A DNA stretch of 64,000 nucleotides from Antedon mediterranea (taxonomy: Eukaryota; Animalia; Echinodermata), in contig NC_092677.1 of the NCBI RefSeq assembly GCF_964355755.1, positions 9,694,101 to 9,758,100 on the forward strand. Reading direction: 5' to 3'. The notes under the pieces are model-generated. The model was not told the DNA's origin. It did not search any database and saw only the letters and a list, made by a program, of their open reading frames with translations. A program made the position numbers and the translations under genes. Below are positions 55,535-64,000 of the stretch, one piece after another. Within the stretch, counting starts at the first letter, position 1, and each line of letters begins with the position of its first letter.

Positions 55535-58302
55535 AGAATTGTGTTTGTTGAAAACAGCATTTGATGGATGCCTATTAACGGCAATCTATTCTCAGACACT
55601 CATAACCATTTATTTCACATTAGTTACTGATTGTATTGACCCAGCTAAAGGATTTAATTTTTCAACAGATAAATAATCTGATAAATTCTAGAACCAGGTG
55701 GGCATAACCTTTGATTCACCGACACGTTATATATTTACCTGATATTCCAATATGTTTATAGTAACTGATAAATACCCAATTTAACCTGTGCGTGACCAAT
55801 TGACCAATTAACGTCATTTCTATTATACGCAGCTGTGTTTGGGCTTAGGTTGTAGCTTCAGTCAATACCCGTCTGCTGATAAACTTTCCCGCGTTTTTTA
55901 TATTTTTGCCATTTGAAGCTCTTGGACGCTATAACAGATTGTAATGAGCGGATGGGATTTGTAAATTGAGTAGGCCTGAGTGATTTATGCATCCTTTACA
56001 TTTGATTGGTTAGTTTCGTATCACGTGCCGTTCAGCAGTAGTTCTATTGCACGGTGTAAAGTCCTATTGTACGTTCAGCTTTTTGTCTATAACTTTTATA
56101 TATGCGCGCCTTCGTTCCTTCATTGTATTAACGTTTGCTTTATAAAAGTAGGTATGTTATTAAACAAATAATGAATGATTTTTAGTCTAATTGGAAAAAT
56201 ATTTTCACTAGTTTTAAAGATTGAAAAAACTAAATTAATTATTTGTATGTACTAATGATAACCGATACCGATTTGTCATGACTTAATTTCACAATATGTC
56301 ACTTATTTAAATGTTCCATTTAGGCTATGTAACTATTATTGAGACACGAGGATGTTTGTTCGTTGAAATTAATCAGAGCAAAAAGATCTCTATAAAGATT
56401 ATACTATAGATTATACTTGAAATAAAAAATGAATCGTTTGCTAAAATTCGTCTGGAAATTCCCTTTGCAAAACAAATCTGATATAATTTAAAAAAATAAC
56501 ACTATAGTTAGAAAATAAAAAGGGCAATCAAAACAAAATTTAGCGAACAATATCCCATGAATTGGTACGCAGACTACAATTTGTAAAGTTATGTTTTTTA
56601 TTGTGTTTAATCGGATCAATTGAGATTATATATCGGCCAGTCCTTTCACAGTACCGGCAAGTATCCTTGATAAATTGAGTAATTTTTAGACAAATTTGAT
56701 TTGCACTTTTTATTGTCTAAAAAGTACGTGTAAAATATTTTCCAATAATTATTTAGATTGGAATTTTATTTTTTAAATTAAAAACGTTTCTAAAAATAAT
56801 TATTTATTTTGATTGCTTTTTTATCTTTAGAAAGTGGAAAATATTTGTGAGTTTTTCAACAATGATTATTTTAATTTTTCACCGTAGTTATATAAACTAT
56901 ACGTAATAGTGCATTCACTTTTTTTCTTTTTTTATGTTATGCTAACCTAAAAAATGGTAATTACGTTCATATAAAGAAAAACCTGAATTTCTTGTAAAAT
57001 TCTGATTGGATAAGCTGATTAGTGTTTCTATATGTTCATAAAGTGTCAGACTTTTTATCAAAATTTTTTTTTGCAAAATGCAAACGTTGCTAAGAAAAAT
57101 TATGTGTTTTTAAACAATGTATTCAGTCGTTATTTCCATCAGAAGACTGTTCAAACTGGAATGGTTATCCGTTCATTCGGTGATTTTGGTTTACCATAGC
57201 TAAAATAGTAAAATGTTTCGTTATTAGCCTACTTTAGATTACTAACTTTGAGATCGACAAGAAAAGATGACGCAGCAGTTTAATAAAATTAGGTATTCTA
57301 GATATTAAGAATTCGTTATAGGTAGGCCTAAAGCATATTGCGTCATTTGTGAGAAATAGCCCAGATTTGTATTTGTCATCACATTGATAATTAGTCATGT
57401 CGATAATTTGTCAGTAATCATTTGTCATAATGATAAAATGATATTGATAATTGTTCCGTTGTCCATCACAAGCAATGCTAAAAAAAAAACGCACGAGACG
57501 TCGTGCCGCGTGGTTGTGTCTCATGTCGGATATGAAAGGCGGTTTCTTATTGGTCGGAATTGACACCATTCAGGCGGTTTTTGATTATCATAGTCAATCA
57601 GATTGTATGAATCGTATCTGGATATATTGACAACACACACGACCTGATCAAACTACTACTACTACAACAACCATTTACAACTAACACGCAAGAGTAACTT
57701 CTCATAGTATTGTGGCTTTACTGAATGCTTCCGGCCGTCACATTTGGATGGTTAAAATAAACCGGTACAGGTCGCGTGTACTTACGGTTAGACAGATAAA
57801 TCGCTGAAATATTTGAGTTTCTTGTCTGCCACCGAATTTGCGCCAAATTGAAGAGTGTTAATTAACGCTGAAATCGTTCGTGCACACTCAATAGCCTACG
57901 TACGTTTAACTATTCTATTGACACCAGCCAGTCGCGTTTGTTTAATCCTCCGACACGTTGTCTCACCTGTACACAGCACCCTAACCATCGTACGTATAAC
58001 TCACCGTGATATCACTTTGTGCCGAATTTACGCTTACGCAAATCTTTCCTACAAAACCGGTGTGAGAGACTGGTTACTGAATTTACCGATTTAAACCGGT
58101 AAATTTTCATTTTATCTTGACCGTTTTCATTCGGTATTTTTCGTCAGATTTTGTACGGATATACCGTTTCTGTTGAACATTTGATCTTATTAGCTTGGAT
58201 TTTATTTATTCACCACCAATTTTGGAATTATTTTTGGGAGCCAAAGTATATAAAAGTAAGTTTAATATTCTTAATTACATTTTATATATTAATTATCTTG
58301 TA

Positions 58303-58576
58303 TTTTTTCTCCTCTCTTTTCTCTTTTCTCTTCTCTTTTCTCTTCTCTTTTCTTTTCTCTTATCGTTTCTCTTCTCTTTTCTCTTTTCTCTTCTCTTTTT
58401 TCTTCTCTCTTTTCTCTTCTCTTTTCTCTTTTCTTTTCTTTTCTCTTCTCTCTTCTCTTTTCTCTTTTCTCTTCTCTTTTTTCTTCTCTCTTTTCTCTTC
58501 TCTTTTCTCTTTTTTTTCTTTTCTCTTCTCTTCTCTCTTCTCTTTTCTCTTTTCTCTTCTCTTTTCTCTCTCTCTT
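58303..58576. repeat. Pyrimidine-rich (TTCTC/TTTTC)n microsatellite
   Basis: About 270 bp of almost only C and T. Confidence 0.95.
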
Positions 58577-60264
58577 GTATATTATTCTATTTTTTGCAAA
58601 GGTGAGTAATGAGGTGGAATAAAGAGGAGGATCCTCAATCTGTTTGATTTATATAAATCATATACACTGTGCATACAACAACATAAGCATATACAGTTTA
58701 ATTGTAAAAACGAATAAAATAAACCTAAATTATTTTGGGAGATATTGCTGAAAAGTTAAAAAGTATGTTTGTTAGAATAACTGTATCAATAAGTATATAT
58801 GCATACAAATAGCTTTGACTGTATCAATTTGTCATGCATTTATTTGTAAAATAAATTCTTACATTTCTTACTTAATTCTTAATTCTTTTTCTTACTTCTT
58901 AAAAATGAATTAGAAATAGGTAAATCCAAGGACGTCATTACATTCGTAGGCCTACAGTGGTGCATTTAACCAATTACAGCGACAGTATAACATAAAGCAA
59001 ATTAACCTCACTGTTATTCATTAGGCCATGTGAAATGGATCCAAATGATAGGCCTACATGACGTTCTTTTTTGTTAATCCCAAAAACGCAAAAAGAAATC
59101 ATAGACCTTACGATAGTTTGCGAAACGTAGTTGGGAGTATTACTTACTACTCACTTTATTAACACCGTCACTGTATTGGGCAAAAATTAATATTTACTAT
59201 TTTTGATAATTTCATAATATTCTTCAATGTAATTAATAAAACCATGTGGTATATGCAAAAGGGTGCTCGTACCCTCCGCTTTTTTTAGTTGATGAAAAAT
59301 GATGTAGAGTATACCATTTTAAAATGTTAAAGCGACGGGCCCTCTCCCTTATCGTTCAAACTTCGATACCAAGCCATCAAGATATTCACTGCGGTTTCAC
59401 TTCACACCCCTGTAAACGCACGTAGGTACCATGCTGCAGTTATCCTGATGGATATATTCTATTACATATAACGTAAAAATAGTTTGATATCCAAACATAT
59501 TATCTCTTTGATTGATTATAGTTTTTAGTATCAGGTGTCAAATTGATAATGTTAGTTTTCTTTTCAAGTGCTTGTTAAACTACCGTACTTCTACTGAAGA
59601 TGAGCTGGTAGATTGTGACTTGTAAGGCTAGCGGCAGGGCAATCTTTTGTCACGGATTTCGTGCTCATAAGCCTGCTTGCTTTATAGAGTACTGTCCCTT
59701 AAGTAAAGTTTGTTGGCTGATAGAACACACTTCGAACTCTCCGATATCGTCATTTTATATAACTCAGGCATACATGCTTCTAGGGTATTAGTAGTTATAT
59801 TTGGTAGTTTTGTTAATGTTTAATCACATTTTCAGAGAATTTTTTGCCAGTGTAACATTGCTAAATGCTACTCAATACCACCCTGTTAAAACGCAATATA
59901 AACTTTGTTCCCTTTCCTATTCCGAATTATGATTGGTCATCAGTGAGAGTGATGTTGCTTTTCAAAATGTTTACCCGTATAGTTATAGTAGTAAACATAT
60001 TCCACATTTACTCACATAGATTCATTCAGAACTTTCACAACGTTATTCAATTTCCAATTTTTTTTTTTGAATTTATTTTTATGCAAAAACAAAATCATTA
60101 ACAAAAAGTGCTATTTCTTCAAATTGATTGGGAGCAGCTACCAACACTGCACTATTTATAAGTTTGTTATATTTACACACAACTTTAGATCAAGGTCTTC
60201 AAGTTAGAAAACAAAGTACGAACAAAACAAAACGTGCCAAACTAAACAGTACCCTAACTGATAA

Positions 60265-60650
60265 AACTATATTCACTGTTATTGATGTACTAAACTGGAA
60301 TTTCAATCAGTAATTACACTGGTGGAGTGAAAGTCAATCTTACTTTGAAGAACTGTAACTGATAACAATTTAACTAGTCACTATTGATGTTCTATTACTG
60401 AAATTTCAATCTGAAGTTAAATCAGTTTACACTCATCAATCTTACTTGGAACTATATTCACTATCTATGTTCTATAACTGAAATTTCAATCTGAAGTTAA
60501 ATAAGTTTACACTCATGATAGAGTAACTAAAATTTCAATCTGAAGTTAAATTGATGTACACTCATGGTGGACTGAAAGTCAATCTTACTTTGAACTATAT
60601 TCACTATTTGTGTTTTATAACTGAAATTTCAATCTGAATTAAACTGGTAT
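60265..60650. repeat. Degenerate tandem repeat (AACTGAAATTTCAATCTGAAGTTAAA blocks)
   Basis: The block recurs five times with AACTATATTCACT and TCAATCTTACTT segments. Confidence 0.7.
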
Positions 60651-62576
60651 AGAGTAAAAAGTCAGTTTCGACTGAACTAGATATTGCAATGTTATGCAAG
60701 TCTTCCTTCTTAATTCTAAAAACAATGTTTATAAAGATCTCAATCTTTCGAATTTACACAAATTCTGGCTGATGTTCCTGCTTGCCCCTGGTATCATCCC
60801 CAAACAAACATAGCTATAAACCTTCGGAGAAGACGAAACACGTAGAAAACATTATGTGGGCCTATTTTATAAAGTTTTTCTCTGGTGAGATGGATTTACA
60901 AAATGTATTAGGTATACAATAATCAGAGTTTTAAAACTAATTTTTCTGACGCAAATCAGTTGGTATTACTGCATTTTGCCTACACTTTTTGCGTCCCTGT
61001 GTTAAAAATCTTGAGAAAACATGAGGTTTCAGATTTTCCTCAGAGAGAGGTGTCTGTAAGCCAATCTGTATTCTTAGACATTTTCTGATACTAATATCAG
61101 GTTTTTACTGCAAATGTGTAGTGTAACCTAGCAAACATGTAACATAGTCTTTGTATTTTAATAGAAAGCATCCACCCATAGAATTAGAATCCCTTTATTC
61201 ACTTTGATTTTCTTTTAATATGGGTTTTCTAAGGTTTTATTTTTATGGACTATCTCCCACGTTGGAATCGTTTTGTTTTTCATTTGCATAGGCTTATTGT
61301 GGTGCGATTTATTGAGGGATGTCGATCGCGTTATCGAAAGTAGGCTACAGAAGATAAAGTTAATATCTAGATCCGAACAATTTATGTAGGTCTTGGTGTC
61401 ATTAGTTATTAAAAGCTCAAGAATTAACAATAATACAGAACAAAACCTAAACTATTCAAAGAGTAAAAGAACAATATTTGAGGTCCTTTAAGTTAATTAT
61501 AGATAGATAGATATGTAAGTCAATTTTATCTTCAAACTATAATATGTATTATAATATATTATATTATGACTATTCATTAGTACTTTTCAAAAATGATAAA
61601 CATAATACATTATTGTATTACATTGGCATTTTAATTGTTAAAATTTAATTTATAAATAAAATGTATTTTTATAGTGTGACATTAAAATAAATTTATAGAA
61701 TTTTGTTTCACTACGGTACCTTATTGAATGAATGTATATGAATTGGATTTTAAATTAATGAATTGTTTCTGAATAATGTTTATTGTTTATTTTTCTTTTT
61801 GTATTGTTTAGTTAATAGAAGAAAATAAATTAAAAAATTGTCGGGAAAAAAGGAAGGGAATATAAGTTACTGTTTTACCATAAACAGCTTAAAATTGATG
61901 ACAAATAATTATGATTTACTTAATGTAATTCTCTTCTGAAAAGACAAACCTATAGGGCCTATAAGCGCCAATCACACTTTTTCAGAGAAAATCCTTTTGA
62001 ATTTACATAATAGTAATGTATATGTACCACCCTGTTCTACAGTCAGAATATGACTGTAGGCATGTTGGCTCTTACTTCACACTCTTATTGACTTCTGGTT
62101 TATATTGGCCCACCTCCAATACCAATTAAGTTTGCGTTTAATAAGACATATTTTGAGTTAATATGAAAATATTGTGGTTTTAATTCATGGTGGCCTCAAT
62201 ACTTGATAATCTCATGGGAAGTAAACGCACTCCAAAATGTATTCTGGCACCGGTAAACTTACATACACGGGCTTAAACTCGCATTAAGAAAATTATTATC
62301 AATAATTGTATGGTTTTAAAGATCCATTACGGTTAATATTAACTACATTTTTTTATCCAAAAGAAATTCAAAATTATACTAAATTTAACATTGACCATAA
62401 GAAATTTGTTTTTTTGGCAAGAATAGTAAAATTAAGTCTTATCTAGGTAAAACAAAGTGTACGGATAGCCTATGTATGATTTATGTTCTGTAATATATTT
62501 TATTTGTATTAAACTTAAAATCAGACAAAATAAGTTTGTATTATTATAAATAATATTAATAGTTGACAATGTCTTA

Positions 62577-62720
62577 AGCTCTGTCTATACTATCAAGTTT
62601 GACAAAAAGTGCCCAAATATGGTAGTGATATGCCCAATTATGGTAGATATTACATCATCATGTCCATTATGGGTACATCACATTTGTTGTCACATAAATT
62701 TTGATAGTGTAGATAGAGCT
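62577..62720. mobile_element. Tourist-like MITE family D copy
   Basis: TTA TSD on both sides and family TIRs. Confidence 0.72.
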
Positions 62721-64000
62721 TTATATATAAATAAGTCAAAGATGCAGATGAAATGGCATTCTGAGATGAGAGTGCGTCATAATGGTAATTACTATTACTA
62801 TAATACTAACTATTATTAGTCACTCCTACTTTAAATGTTGGTTAATGTATACGTAATATGTTATTATCCATGGACCAGAGATTATAAAATAAAAGTTTGA
62901 ATCGATTGAATTAATTAGTATGTTGCTTTATTATTTTATCATTATTTTATGTTATTTATTATTAAGTAATTTAGCTAGTCTGATGGAGATAATGGAGATA
63001 GGGCAAGCATTATTTGAATAGAAATCTTACAAAAACATATAAAATAATAAAAAAAACATCAATAATTTAAGATATACCGTAATAATTATATAATAATAAA
63101 AACAAAACATCAGAAAATGATCTGGATAGCAATCTTACAATAACACATAAAATAATATGATTAAAAAACATCAGTAATTTAAGATATTAATTATATAATA
63201 ATAAAAACAAAACATCAGAAAATGATTTGTGAACACCTAACAATAAATACACCGTAATTATAAAATAATAATAATGATGATAATTTAAAAACTTCATATT
63301 TTTTTAGGACACGTAACATCTTCTTCAACACCCTATTATCTCAATTTCCGTGACTGTCGAATTACTTAAAAGTTACCGTTACGGTGTATTAATAGAAATC
63401 ACTTTCAGAAATAATTTATGAAATATGACATAAGGGGTCAATGACATGTGAAATGTGACGTTTATCAATTTGACATGTGACTCATTAAGTCACTTTCAAA
63501 AAGAGTGCACAAAAGGTTCATAATTGTCGTTAAAGTGGTAATTAATTAGTTACGTCATCGCTCTGATTGATTGACTATTTACTACACTTTCATTCACGGC
63601 GAGAGAAAGCCAAACAAGTAAGGAGAACGAAGATATGATTGGATAATGAACTCAGTGTCGAAATTTTCTTGGCAAGGGGATCTAAATGAACTTGGCATTG
63701 GCTCCAGAGTTAACAAATCGAGCTGAACCGTCAATACTGAAGCCACTTTTGCGTAAGTAACCGCCCCCACGGCGCTCCTCTTCCACGGTATATAGTAATA
63801 ATTCGTGTGGTTTAATATTTCTATGTTCATCACGGCCTAGCCGAGTCAAAGTAGTGAAGAGTCTTTTCGTTTTTAGAGATCTGCGAGTAAAAAAAGTGAA
63901 CTGTTTAAATCGAACGAAGGGAATTTTGTACTCACTATTGCGATATTATTATAGTTGAAATATAACAAGGTAAGTACATTGTGTTTATATCATTCATTGG

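Noticed and set aside
58151-58609. Phe/Ser/Leu-rich membrane-like ORFs
   Set aside because: Artefact of a CT microsatellite.

Overview
AT-rich, intron-rich animal (invertebrate-like) genomic DNA, not prokaryotic. Six spliced protein-coding genes were rebuilt by hand from splice sites and reading frame: the 3' part of DEF8 (+), an orphan single-pass receptor with a TNFR-like Cys-rich N-terminus (-), a SHARPIN/RBCK1(HOIL-1)-type LUBAC gene (-), MAF1 (+), TMEM70 (+) and ANO10/TMEM16K (+). The last ~17 kb has no recognisable coding exons and holds minisatellites, MITEs and promoter-like motif clusters. The main finding is the LUBAC gene, which encodes PH-like-LTM-UBL-NZF-RBR in one frame. It has an in-frame alternative terminal exon right after the NZF, which would give a SHARPIN-like isoform. 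It also has a candidate NF-kB-driven internal promoter after the PH exons, which would give a HOIL-1-like isoform. The gene lies head-to-head with MAF1, as human SHARPIN does, so one locus may supply both accessory LUBAC subunits. Other points: a Penelope-like remnant with a U3:A8 minimal hammerhead ribozyme, a Harbinger-type MITE family carrying perfect CArG boxes, Kolobok-like MITEs, SINEs, a GC-AG intron and a higher-order palindromic satellite. All calls come from manual reading; no searches were run.
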